A DNA stretch of 58,291 nt, counting the filler, from Sphacelaria rigidula (taxonomy: Eukaryota): NCBI GenBank assembly GCA_964200075.2. It is 10 parts of 10 records of this genome, joined end to end, with 100 filler letters (N's around TTAATTAATTAA, not from the genome) between each part and the next. Parts side by side here need not be neighbours in the genome. Positions count along the whole stretch, not along the records: positions 11,680 to 17,418 come from CAXNAA020024830.1; positions 17,519 to 23,257 come from CAXNAA020024831.1; positions 23,358 to 29,096 come from CAXNAA020024832.1; 7 more parts are not named here. One strand, written 5' to 3'. The notes under the pieces are model-generated. The model worked only from the letters and a program-made list of their open reading frames with translations. It searched no databases and was not told the origin of the DNA. The translations under genes were made by a program, and so were the position numbers. Below are positions 11,680-23,863 of the stretch, piece by piece (position 1 is the stretch's first letter; every line of letters starts with the position of its first letter).

Positions 11680-12127
11680 CGTTGCTGCTTTCAACGACGA
11701 TCTGGCTCGGAATTTCGAGCAACAAATGGCCCAAAATACCCCCCCCCCTTTCGTAGGATGACTCGTAAAATGCGCCCACATAGTTCTCGCGAACACCTCC
11801 TCCTTCGTGACGCACTCCAGCTTCGGACTTTAACTGTGTCGTCCAGGACGCCCGACCAAGCCCGTCCGTCGACGATTGTTCGCCCCTCCATCCTTGTCGC
11901 CAAAACCAGTCTACACACCGGCACGCGTCCTTTGCATCGAAGGTGCGTGCGTGTCAGCTTTAGACAGCAGTGCTATCTGCCTCCGCACACACAATGAAAC
12001 ACAATATTCCCAGACTCAGGGTGTTAATGACACCCTATACTGGTGTAACAGAGGATTGTAGCACACTGGTGTGTGTGCCTGATCAGCACTACGTTGAGCC
12101 AACTCTACCATAACATCATGGCCTTGG

Positions 12128-12398
12128 GACACTTTCTACGAATCCCCCCCGCCCAAAGAAAACAGCCCAAACGTGTCACGAAAAATATGGTTATACAGCG
12201 CCTAATGTTTGGGTTCAGGCTGCATGAAGCGCCTCATATGGGCGGCATTTTGGCGAGAACGCACCCAAGCGTGGGAATTATCCTCGGCTGTCCTCGCCTT
12301 TTTCCATGTCGATTTACGTGAAGATTTTGCCTCCCCAAAGTAGACACTTTGGGGGGGGCGGGGGGGTGGGGGGTGAGGGTGCTATCGTAGAAAGTGTC
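12128..12398 (-). mobile_element. ~270-bp MITE with GACACTTTCTACGA TIRs
   Basis: GACACTTTCTACGA...TCGTAGAAAGTGTC; flanks TTGG/TTTG; inverted homologue of 14158-14421. Confidence 0.85.
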
Positions 12399-13346
12399 TT
12401 TGCCACGGGTGGTAGCAAAAAGCAGTTAATGCTTGAGGGTGAGTCCGTCCTAACATCCGCCTAAAGACCATATTCACGCTTTGCCGACAAGATCAGCCAT
12501 GATCTTGGTTGGAGGATGGGGAACGGAAAATGATACACTCACGAACAAAAGTTGTAAACTTCGTACACCGACGGGTTCTTCATTCCTCATTTTATTGAAT
12601 ATAGCGAGTCATGCCGATGGAACTAAACGAATGGGGCATGCTTGAACACGTGCAACGAATACTCATGATATATACAAGGAGATCAGTTTTATTGCTGTTG
12701 CGGTTCGTATGATGATCAATTGGCAATGGGTACTCGTACCTTTTTTATTTCGGTATTTCAAGTATCGTTCCCGTTTCAAGTTATACCACGTGCCAAGGGT
12801 CGCCGGAAGAAAATTCTGGACGCGTAGACCACAAGATGGAAATTTTGACTGTTTGAGGGGGAGGGGGGGGAGGCACCCAGCCTGTTATCCCCTAGGTTAT
12901 AGCCGAGGCGTTGGCGGATGTAAGCTGCTGTGTACACAGCTCCTTGGCATGGAGACTGATGAGATGGCGGACACGCCGTCCTTCCCAAGCTCATGTTCTA
13001 CACCGTTCTGACTGTAGAACTCAAACACGCGGCCAATCGGCTCCTCCTCGAAATGGCCCTCTGGAGCAAGTACCTACCAGCAGCCCGGGCAAGTTTGGCA
13101 AGGCGCGAGATAATTTTGCTACTTTGGCTACAGACTGTCGCTACCGTGCGCTCGTGTGCATACGTGTGTGTGAGCTTGGACGGCACCCGAGGTCATCGTA
13201 ACAGAGCGAGCAAGGAGCAGAATCAAGTACTGTATACAAACGTCGCAAAGCCCACCAGACTTTGCGGTTTTTTCAGTGTTCCTTGATCAAATTCTCCAAT
13301 ACTATTTAATAACAAAAACACACACACAAAATATGATAATTTTTCC

Positions 13347-13516
13347 ACACCTTGGACAAAATATGGCCAATTGCTGCAATAGACAAGAAGCGTACTGCTT
13401 CAAGTATAGACCTATTGCAACTATTGCCAGCCGACAATAGTCGCAATAGGTCTATACTTGAAGCAGTACATTTCTTTTCTATCGCAGCTGTTGACCATAT
13501 ATATTGTCCAAGGTGT
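13347..13516. repeat. 170-bp near-perfect palindrome (fold-back MITE or long hairpin)
   Basis: ~80-bp arms ACACCTTGGACAA...TTGTCCAAGGTGT, a perfect 27-bp inner stem and a ~8-nt loop. Confidence 0.9.
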
Positions 13517-14122
13517 ACAATTTTCGATAAATTTCCCTCCTGGAGGGGAGGTGGGAGGGGGGGGGGGGGGGGGTACGTATCCAGAACTCTTCTCCCGGCA
13601 GACCCTTGCACGTGCACAAAATATATTGTTCATGTCCAGTTTCTATTTGTGGAGTTTAGGGTTCCACGGTGACTGGTTCCCCTGTCACCTTAAACTCTCG
13701 TACTGATGAATATTTTCACAGAATCGCAGGAGTGTGATGCACCAAAGGGCAGTATTATCTCCCGTTTTTATTATCGGGACTTCTCGGGAAGTTGTTTCGT
13801 TTGCTGTCAGCCCCTCTCTATTCTTCCTTTGAGCGTTAGTCCCTCTCCCTCCGTTGGTCGCAACTACCTTTCCGTGTTATTCTCTCTCTCGTCCCTTCTT
13901 TGTGGCTACCTCTCCATCACATCACCACCCCCCAGCTCGCTCCCTTGCTGAAGCATAATGAGTTTTGGAGGTTCCCGCGTGCGGCACCGTGGCACGAACG
14001 TGCTCCGCATATCCAAGGAGAGCGTGCTGTGAAAGCCCGTGTGGAGATCCGCATTTGGACTGCCGCTGACAATCATTAGCTGTTCACTCCATATGATTGG
14101 GTCCTCTCTATTCTCTCTTTAA

Positions 14123-14488
14123 CCCTTGGACAGCGAGAGTAATTCATCTTTTCAATCGACACTTTCTACGATAGGCTCCCTCCCCCCCCCCCCCCAAAAA
14201 AGTGCCTGGTTTGGGGAGGCAAAATCTTTACGTAAATCATAATTGGAAAAGCCAAGGACGACGAGCAGCTGGGAATTCCCACCCTTGGGTTCGTCCTAGC
14301 CAATGTCACCCATGTGAGGCGCTTCATGCAGCCTGAACCCCCACATCAGGCGCTGTATGTCCATTTTTTTCGTGACACTATTGGGCTGGTTTTGGGAGGG
14401 GGGGCTATCTTAGAAAGTGCCAATCGTCATCAATTTCACGTGAAAAGAGCATGCGTGATCCAGGTGGATCACACTTGCGTTCTAAGGG
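14123..14488 (+). mobile_element. piggyBac-like MITE (TTAA TSD) interrupted by a nested MITE
   Basis: TTAA|CCCTTGGA...TCTAAGGG|TTAA; without the insert it matches 47768-47865. Confidence 0.85.
14158..14421 (+). mobile_element. Nested ~264-bp MITE with 4-bp TSD (AATC), possibly Sola-like
   Basis: AATC|GACACTTTCTACGATAG...CTATCTTAGAAAGTGCC|AATC. Confidence 0.85.
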
Positions 14489-14647
14489 TTAACAAGGGGT
14501 CCTCAAAAGTGGGAGCGAGATTTTCCTACGGGAAAGAAGTGAAGTCGAAACCCTATATAATAATGTCATATATATGATACCTCTCAGAGATGCCTTTGAG
14601 GGATACCATATTCCTGTATACACAAGTTTCCGACCTCGCTTCGTTTC

Positions 14648-15157
14648 TATGGGAAAATGCCGTCTCCATTTTCCAGAATCCCCTGTTCTTTTGAGATTGA
14701 CGGTTTCCCACTGTTAAACGCAATGGAGAGTATCAACATTGCCTGCAAAAACTGTTCCACGAATGAATGGCCGACATACGGTAGAGGACGACGGTGACGA
14801 ATAGATGGCGTGACTCCTCTTGATTTTGAAATAGACGACTTACTGTAAAAATTATCGATACATGTCACCGTGTTGAGAAAGGACACACATTATGCAGGCC
14901 AGGTTCACCAAATGGACAGCTCTGACGGTCAGAAAGTACTATACCTGTACACGTCGCAGGATGCAGCCGGGGTCATGGACGTTATTCAACACGGTGAACG
15001 GTATCAATTTGTTTGTAGGAAGCCGCTCATCTCAAAAGTGGAAAGCAGCTACATTGTCTTGTCGTCGCAGTCATCCTCCACGGCGCGCCCGCCCGCCATT
15101 GGTGGGAACAGTTTAGGCTTGACTTTACTTGAGGATGTGTATGCTGGTATTCGCTGA
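14648..15157 (+). pseudogene. Degenerate intronless reading frame of unknown origin
   Basis: ~170 codons in one frame with two stops (…SFEIDGFPLLNAME…PLDFEIDDLL*KLSIHVTVLRKDTHYAGQVHQMDSSDGQKVLYLY…); no family recognised. Confidence 0.3.
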
Positions 15158-15238
15158 AACGAGCAAGTCATAATGAATTATCTTTATACCGTCGGATCGT
15201 GGACCCATCAATCGATCAGCGCGTCGTGAGTTAGATAG

Positions 15239-15264
15239 CTGCTGCTGCTGCTGCTGCTGCTGCT
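15239..15264 (+). repeat. (CTG)8 microsatellite
   Basis: Direct observation. Confidence 0.9.
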
Positions 15265-16243
15265 TGCTCGCCGTGCTTTTTCAGCATTCATCCCGGAGAC
15301 GATCTGAGTTTCATCGCCGTGTACCCCTATCACGCTCTGGATGCAATTTGGTCTGCTTTTGTCCTTTGAACACTCAACTTCGCGCCCTTCTCGTCCCGCG
15401 ATGTCGGGTCGCGTTCGGTCTACCTTGCAACAACGCAACAAGCAAATGCCGGGGCGTGTCCGGTACACGTGGAGGGAAATATCTCGCCTGTCTCCGACCT
15501 CAGCCGTTCCACGTTCAGGGGGGGGGGGGGGGGGGGGGAAGGGCCCTTGGGGGGGACTTTTTGCCAAAAAATTTTTTAAATTTCACCCCAAACCCCCCCC
15601 CGAAAAAAAAGCCCTCGTGTTTTNNNNNNNNNNCCCCGTGTTCAGTTCTGATCTAGGGTGTGGTGGATATCTCAGTCCCATGCCCCCCCCCCCGCCTTTC
15701 TGACTTCAGTCGTGTGAACGCCCTGGGGCTCTGTTACGAGAGTTCATCGCGTGTGATCGGAGAATGTCTTTTGTTGGCCTAGATTGACTCTGGAAGGACT
15801 TGAGCAGTTGGCTAGAACGTCAAATTTTGAATCACTTCTGCCATGGATTTTACCCTCCGTGTATCATCCAGGTGAGTACTATCGGGTGAAGCGGATTAAG
15901 GGCGATGACAATTCCTACCAAACGTTTGCTACTGCACCCACCAAGATTTTTGTCGGAGAACTCGAAGGAAGCAACCCTAATCGTATCACGGCATCATAGT
16001 TGCTGGCAGCAGAGATGCGTAAGGATGACAAGCTCACCTTCAACAGAATTTTCGCCAGGTTCAGAGTGTAGCTTATGATCGAGAGTGAGCTTTTTCGCTG
16101 TTTGTGAAAGCGGCATCATTTCTACTCGAACCGTTACTGCGTGACCCTCATTACCAACCCTGGTTGTCAAAGAACTAGCATTCCGAAGAGTTAGTCGTTG
16201 GATATACAATCCTAAAGTAACAAACGCCGATGTACGATTATTT

Positions 16244-16781
16244 CGCACGTCGAACAGATGAGCTCCCTGTAGCTCGAGCTAGCTCTTTTTTTGCGTAGCT
16301 CCCTAGTGAGCTATGACAGCTACATGAGCTACGCATGTTTTTCCTGGATGAGCTATGAGAGCTACATGACCTACACATATGTTTGCCCTACGTGAGCTAC
16401 CAACCCGTAGCTCATCAGCTCACATTCGTCCTGGGTGAGCTATGGGAGCTGTATGAGCTACACACGTTTGCCATAGGTGAACTACCAACCCGTAGCTCAT
16501 CAGCTCATATTCATCCTGGGTGAGCTATGACAGCTGCCTGAGCTACGCATGTTTACCCTGGATGAGCTACCAACCCGTAGCTCATCAGCTTAGATTCTCC
16601 CTGGGTGAGGTATGAGAGCTACATGAACTACGCACGTTTGTCCTGGGCGAGCTACCAACTCGTCGCTCATCAGCTCATATTCGTCGTGGGTGAGCTATCG
16701 GACGTAGCTCACATGTACATGTTTGACTTAAAGTGAGCTACGGCCCGCAGATGAGCTAGCTCATGACCTGTCCGACGTGCG
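16244..16781. mobile_element. Non-autonomous TIR element filled with an 85-bp AGCT-rich tandem array
   Basis: Termini CGCACGTCGAACAG..ATGAGCT and AGCTCAT..CTGTCCGACGTGCG; CAAC(C/T)CGT(A/C)GCTCATCAGC recurs at 16401, 16486, 16571 and 16656. Confidence 0.85.
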
Positions 16782-17418
16782 GATTCTTTGAAATCGCGAC
16801 GAGTTGCCACCCTACACTCGCATCCAATGTCTTCATCGAAAGACCATTTTCGGAATGTAAGGCATTGTGTGCGACGTCTAATCATAATCTGCTTAATATA
16901 CAGCGGTGAAATAATGGTAGGAGTGCTTTTCATGGTTGATGTCCTTTTCCCCCTTCTTTTATTGTTATTCCAGCATCACGGTCCGTTACCTACCATACTA
17001 CTCTTATGCTCACGACACATAAATTTTTACACGCGTTTCACAACGTCATTCTGATCAAGTCTTTGGCCGTTAGGGTAGGTGATCTGTTGAATCGACGTCA
17101 CTGCACCTGAAATTCAGAAATGCCAGTGTTGCATGCATCAGTGGGAACACACGAAATTACGTGTTCCTATTCCAAGCTCACACTCGAGATGGGGGATGTG
17201 TTAGTCGCTGCGATTCCATGCGCATCGCTTGTGTGTGTAACAACATATTCGTGAGATTCAGAGCGTAATATCGAATTCGGAGTGAATGCTCTAGCGTTCC
17301 TAACAGGCAACTTTTTTTCTTTTTGCTTGAGCACACGTCCTGTGCATGCAGCTACCGTACAGTACCCCATTCGAGGAATTCGGCGGTCTGGTTGGTGAGA
17401 TACCGCACAAAGCATTTT

Positions 17419-17518
17419 NNNNNNNNNNNNNNNNNNNNNNNNNNNNNNNNNNNNNNNNNNNNTTAATTAATTAANNNNNNNNNNNNNNNNNNNNNNNNNN
17501 NNNNNNNNNNNNNNNNNN
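17419..17518. other. Artificial contig spacer
   Basis: N44-TTAATTAATTAA-N44. Confidence 0.98.
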
Positions 17519-18426
17519 GCGACTTGTACCTTTTCAACTCATGACACCGACCACGTGGCATTCGGAACAGAAAAGACAAAACCCTGAAAAGTTGGCCACG
17601 GTCCACACCTGCGTGGTAGAAAAAAAAACTGGGGTTTAAGCGTCAACAATCCAGTCGTTCTGGCTTTTATTCTTGAGTTCTGATTTTTTTTCCGAAACTC
17701 TCAAATATCATGTAGTATAGGGGGGTATGCAGAGGCTAGGCCTATATCTATACCAGGGTCTAAGGTTGGCCCAGCTCCTAGTAAATCTGAAAGTCCAACT
17801 CTCAACTTCGACAACGGGTCTGTAATCTACAGGTCCGCTCGTACGCTGGCCAAGCTCGTACATCGACCGCGAAGTTTGCATACAGCAACCTTAGGTCACA
17901 CCGCCAGCGCACGATATGATTATGCGGAGACAAGAAAGATCAGGCGTCACCATGACCATTTTCTGCCGCATCCATGTCGTTCCCCCAGCCTCCATACTTC
18001 TTTGGCTAAAGGGGGGTGGTATCAGGCAGTCAAACGGCGGAACATCCTGGGAGATACGATCAATCAACAGTCAAACCACGCCTCGCCAGCAAACGCGGCA
18101 TAATCTCTACGGGGAATTCTGTGAAGATCAACAGCTCCAGCCACCGCGAGGCTGAAGCGCCGGAAAGGGAGTGGAGAATGTAAGGGAGGGAGACTACACA
18201 ATAGTTATCGTGGAACCTGTTGTGAGATTGAGAAAAGTTCCCGTCGCCATCCCATCTGGACTCGCCACGTACAGAGGTGAGGCCGATTGAAGCCCCTTCT
18301 TGTGTGGGTAGTCCAGCAGGCGGCAGACACTATCACGTGCATGCGAAAAACTGCTCGGTTTTTCCTGACAAAAGTCGTACGTGGTCACGTCGTGTGGAAA
18401 TGGGAGGTCAAAAAGATTGGACGATT

Positions 18427-18800
18427 TTGCTTGATGAAACAAACGTAGAGAAGTGATGCAAGACCCGTCTCCTCGAGAACAACGAGGTTGGAGAAAGTCA
18501 TCACCGATGGAGGGGATGCTATACCCCGTCACTTCTTGTCACCACATGCAATAGTGTAATGGCCACACAACAAGATAACTGCTGTGCAGGACAGGACAGT
18601 ACCATATTTGACTGATCTTGCTTGATGAAACGAAGGCGAAGAAGTGATGCAAGACCCGTCTCCTCGAGAACAACGAGGTTGGACGAAAGTCATCACCGAT
18701 GGAGGGGGTGCTATACCCCGTCACTTCTTGTTACCACATGCAGCAGTGTAGCGGCCATACACCAGGACAGCCACCGTGCAGGACAGAACAGTACCATTTC
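18427..18800 (+). repeat. 191-bp tandem duplication
   Basis: TTGCTTGATGAAAC...GCAAGACCCGTCTCCTCGAGAACAACGAGG... at 18427 and 18618. Confidence 0.9.
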
Positions 18801-19146
18801 GAAGATTGACCGATGTTGTCTGATATGATAACAGACGATGCGGCGCTAGAAGACAAGTGATGTTCATAGGCTTTGTCGTTATTCTCTGGATAACCCTGGT
18901 GTGTATCTACATCCAACCTCGACTGCGCTGCACTTGGGCATGGGGAGTACTCCACAGCACACTATCCTGCCAAGCTCTTCAACCACTAGCTTTTTCGCGT
19001 CGATGGATGAAGTGACTGCTTTTAGTCTTTCAGCCTGACAGTCCCGCCCCCGCCGGCCGTCATGGTCGTTGTCGAGGCGTGGGGTAAACAGCAGAGTCAT
19101 GTGCACGAGCTACAGTCGCGGACTGAGACTTGTTCTTTTGGTATAT

Positions 19147-21711
19147 CACACGTGGACAGATAGCACCCTGTGGAGGGGGTCTACAGGGTTCACGTACCCT
19201 GCGCAGTGTTTCTGGCGGGAATTTTACTGTACAGTGTTTTCCAGCGTAGCACAGGACGCTGCACAGGGTTTCCCTACAGTGGTCATGGATAGTGTGCATC
19301 ACAGGGTTTCGTCGCCCCGTGAATAGTTCATCGCTGCTGGGAATGCTGTGCAGTGTGTTTACGCACAAACACTATACTCTTCACAAGCAGCTGCGGGCGC
19401 AAGGTACTAGCGGAAAAAAGAACTGATCACGCTGGATCGGAGTCGAACCCTCAACTTCACAGTTATGTCACAAGTCGGTGACACTCGGAGCTACGCGTGG
19501 CATTCGTTGCGAAGTGGTCGAGTTTTTTGTACTTCTGAATTTTGGGGCGGCCCTCGAAGGTCCGTGTTAATAACACTGGAATATCCCCCGAATTGTTTTT
19601 AGAGGCACAGGTGTAATGGAAATCTGAAATTTGGACAGCCGCTGCTGTTCGAAATATATCCTAATTCCAAACTTGGAATATATAGTTGAGAAAGGATTCA
19701 CTTCGAAGAGCTTCACCTGTACAGACAATCCTATATATATACACTGTATATCGCAGATGGGATTTGTACACCAAGAACACCTGAAATTAGGTGGAGAAAG
19801 AACTTGCTCGCGAGCAGCTTCAGCTGTTCAAGTCCTGTATACTGCACGCAAGCTTTTGTTGCAGCTGACGCCAAGCTGCCTCTCTGTAATTGACCTCGCT
19901 AATAGATCGATACACCTGATGAAAACCCCGTAGTCCCGCGTCGACGAAACTAACACAATATACAGGGGATAATGAAACATCGATCTTATCGCATACTGCG
20001 TAATCAGGATGTATATTCACAACAACAAACTATACTGGACTGTATAATACCGTTGCATGCGGGACAGTGCGCTATACCGCCGTGCTTATACGTGCGGCGC
20101 CATGTACTGCAGATGGCTGGCTATGAATACAATATATAGATGCCTGCACCTTATTTTGATGGGGCGGGTGTTATATACCGTCACGAACTCCAGTTTTTCA
20201 CGCCCCTCCACGTCATATATTTGCGCGCACAGCTGCTGCAGCACATATTATGTCGTCGCCGCGCGATGTCGCGACCATGAAAGAAGTAGGCGCTCAAGTT
20301 TCCACCAACGAGAAATACATCATATCCACCCGCGCCGCACGGCAGTGCGTGTATGTGTCTATATCCCTGTGCCCAACCCGTGCTCTTTGCTGCGGGGTTG
20401 TGGTCGTATAGCTGGGCGGAATAATCACTTTGATGTTCGTTGATGTTCGGGGTGGCATTGTTGATTTCTGCTGTTTTTTGTTTAAATACACCAACAGACC
20501 AACCACAACTTGACCTGCAGAAATTACCCACCGTAGACACGGTACGGTGCGGCGGCGTATTGTACACTGGAGTAGCAGCAAGTGGTCGGCCCTGGATTTC
20601 TGGTTTAATTCAACAGAAAGCCACATTCATTCTTACATGTAATAGCATCGTTGTGCGGGCGGGTGCTTTGGGTGATGTTTGATTTGTGTGCTGTGCGATA
20701 AATACACGGAGTGATGGTCCAGATATATTTGTATACGACTTATTATAAGTGATATTTTCTAATCATGGTTCGTGTTGGTTGAGAACGGAAGACGGGGTTT
20801 TGGAGGAAATGTAGATACGACGACGAGGTATATCCGACCGTGCACTCTATTCCCCCTTCCCAAAAGCTTCACACGAAGCACAGGTGTGGACATACACACG
20901 TATTCAACGTGTGGGATCTCTATTCAGCGAAAGCGGCAGAGAGCTATTCATCCTTCAGCCCATGTATACATGGACTCGGGGGTAAAAGGATGAATACCTT
21001 TCAGCAACTTTTTCTGCGTGTCGAATCCCATGCACCGGTGACGATGCAGTATGCGGGATTTGCCCAGCAGCTAACGCTGCTCGCCATGAATTTCGTTTCC
21101 CCCAATCTCTGGATGAATTGGAGGGAAAAGTAAATATTCATTTCGAGCTTCTTCTGCCGGTCAAATTCCGAATTTGCCAGTGTGCACGGGATTTGCGCAG
21201 CAAACGGAGCTGTTCGAAATAGATCCTTTTTCGCTCATCTCGAAAATGGGCGAAAAAAGGATCGATCTTGAACAGCTTCTTCTGCTGTTCTAAATAAATC
21301 CTTTCCTTTGCCGAAATTAATCGGGCGAGAAAAGGATCTGTTTTGGATCTAGCTTGACCTGCTGTCCAAAATAAATTCGTTTTCGCTCGACTCAAATCGG
21401 GTGAAGAGGAATTTACCTCGGACAGGAGGACAAGGTATTGAAGATATTTACAGATTTTGTACCAAAACATTTGGAGTTTTCGAAAAAAACACTTGAGGTT
21501 ATTTCACCAAAACACTACCACATGACTGTGCAGGGCTTTGCCGACGTGCCTACACAGGGCTGCAAATCCAACCCTGGGGAAAACCTTATCAAAACGCTGC
21601 CACGGGTACAGATCTTGCATTTCACTGTCAGGGTTTTTTCACAAAGACTGTGGAGGACCCTGTACGGACCCTGCACAGTGCGCCCCACAGGGTGTTATCT
21701 GTCCACGTGTG
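19147..21711. mobile_element. 2.56-kb non-autonomous DNA transposon (CACTA/EnSpm-like architecture)
   Basis: 27-bp TIR CACACGTGGACAGATA(G/A)CACCCTGTGG at both ends, many ACAGGG/CCCTG subterminal repeats, no intact ORF. Confidence 0.8.
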
Positions 21712-22549
21712 TGAGACCCTGGATTCTGTTCCATGATCTCACCCTCGATGGCAGCGGATCATAACAAATTCTCTTGCACGAAGCCAATGGAGCGCCTCCC
21801 GTCTATGAGCTGCAGCAAATCGACTTCGCCAGAGACTCTCGCCAACCGCATCGGATTTCCGAAAATGCACTCGAAACATGTGCCCACGGACCCATCAAGA
21901 ATAGCTCATAAGCCATCAACACGGGAACACAAATACTACCGCATCAGCAAATTAGCTGCAAAACACCGGGAGCACTTGGAAGTGGTTAACCCAAAAAAAA
22001 CCATCATGCTGTGCTGAACAGCAATCAACGGTACAACGAACACCGGACGCTGGGTCTTGGTAGACTCCAACAGCACCGCTCCTGCTCCACCTCTACCCCA
22101 TCCGTGCTCTCCTCCTTGAGGGACAGGACGTGGCCTACACAAATCGCTGACTCTGCGGAATTTGATGTTACACCGAGCGTCGACACTTGGAAGAGATGCG
22201 TCTTGCACGTCTTCTGCATGATCCTGCGAAAATTATTGATCGGGGGCAGCGGCGAAGGGTACGGATGATCGCAAGAGTTAATGGGGCAGGTTACAGTCGA
22301 TAAATCGGGCGCTTCAGTACAGCTGGGCGAATTTCACCGACTTCAAATTAGAAACTGGCGAAACAGGACGTTTTCCTGTCCCGTGTGGGGATGATGCTTC
22401 CAAACGTATCCATTTACTTGGCACTACGCGAGGACGATACCGACACATTCAACACTAGGCGGGTACTCACGATCGAAAAGACCTGGACTCATCATGCCGA
22501 GCAGCTGGGCACTCTCGACTCCGGCGACATTAGACACCACATCCTCCAA

Positions 22550-23187
22550 CACACGTGGACAGATAGCACCCTGTGGAGAGGGTCTATAGAGTGTACGTAC
22601 CCTGCGCAGTGTTTCTGGCGGGAATTTTACTGTACAGTGTTTTCCAGCGTAGCACACGACGCTCCACAGGGTTTCCCTACAGTGGTCATGAATAGTGTGC
22701 ATCACAGGGTTTCTCTCGACAGGGTTTCTCTACAGTGGTCATGTATAGTGTGCATCACAGGGTCCCGTCGCCCCGTGAATAGTTCATCGCTGCTGGGAGT
22801 GCTGTGCAGTGTGTTTACGCACAAACACGACTCTTCACATGAAGCTGCGGGCGCAAGGTTCTGGCGGAAAAAAGAACTGATTAGGTTGCACGGGAGTCGA
22901 ACCCTCGACTTCACAATGATGTCGCCTGCCGGTTACACACGGAGCTACGCGTGGTAGTCATTAAGGATTGGTCGAGCTTTTTGTACTCTTGAATTTTGGG
23001 GCGCCCTCGAAGGTCCGTGTCAAAAACACTGGAATCCTCCAAATTGTTTTTGGAGGCACGAGTGTAATGGAAATCTGAAATTTGGACAGCCGCTGCTGTT
23101 CGAAATATATCCAAATTCCAAACTTGGAGTATAGTTGAGAAAGGATTTATTTCGAAGAGCTTCAGCTGCATAGACAATCCTATATAC
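22550..23187 (+). mobile_element. Second, truncated copy of the left ~600 bp of the 19147 element
   Basis: Begins CACACGTGGACAGATAGCACCCTGTGG and follows 19147-19740 closely, with an extra internal duplicated unit. Confidence 0.88.
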
Positions 23188-23257
23188 AACAACGAATTGT
23201 GCGAATTGAGGTTTAACTCCGAGATGAGGTTCAAGCCTAAAACAGCGCTTTCCCCAC

Positions 23258-23357
23258 NNNNNNNNNNNNNNNNNNNNNNNNNNNNNNNNNNNNNNNNNNN
23301 NTTAATTAATTAANNNNNNNNNNNNNNNNNNNNNNNNNNNNNNNNNNNNNNNNNNNN
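23258..23357. other. Artificial contig spacer
   Basis: N44-TTAATTAATTAA-N44. Confidence 0.98.
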
Positions 23358-23576
23358 CCACCCCATGCGCCCCCCCCCCCCCCCCCCCGCGCCCACCAAC
23401 CCGCCCCACCCCCACCCCCCCCCCCCCCCCCCCCCCCCCCCCACCCGAATACGGTACCTAACCTTTGAAAGGAGAAAAGACATTTGCTTTTAAGAGTTCC
23501 CTCAGTTTTTACGAGTCCGGGAAAAATAGGAAAATAGTCTTGCCGCAATTCATCATCACTGCACGTGTTTAACAAC

Positions 23577-23863
23577 GTTTTCGTGAGATTGAGAGTAGAT
23601 CGCTGATTGAGAGTGGCTTTGGACATTCGCTTTTTCCATTTAGCCATTTTTCATTCCGTGTGTGCTTCTCTTTGCCTTTACCACTAGTTTGTGCTTACAG
23701 CTACTACACGTCGATATCCTACTCAGGAATATCTTCAGAGGCAAGCTACTCTCGAAAGCATACCGGGCCTCGTGGAGGGGCATTTCGGAACTGAAACGAC
23801 CCATCCTCTAACTGACCGCCTTTCACTCCCAATCGTATCCTCTACTCTAGATCTCACGAAAAC
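23577..23863 (+). mobile_element. ~290-bp MITE, TIR GTTTTCGTGAGAT
   Basis: Inverted ends; homologues at 39983-40289 and 54915-55185. Confidence 0.82.

Noticed and set aside
12940..13102. LLGMETDEM.../MFYTVLTVELKHAANRLLLEMALWSKY as a continuation of SBNO or a real exon
   Set aside because: It is on a different contig, needs a frameshift to be continuous, and has no clean splice pair.
16390..16700. Possible CRISPR array or tandem hammerhead ribozymes (minus strand CTGATGA followed by a GCTAC/GTAGC stem)
   Set aside because: Units repeat over their whole length with no unique spacers and no cas genes; the stem is not followed by the GAAA a hammerhead core requires.
21712..22549. Possible transposase between the two CACAC elements
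   Set aside because: No sustained ORF or recognisable catalytic motif in any frame.
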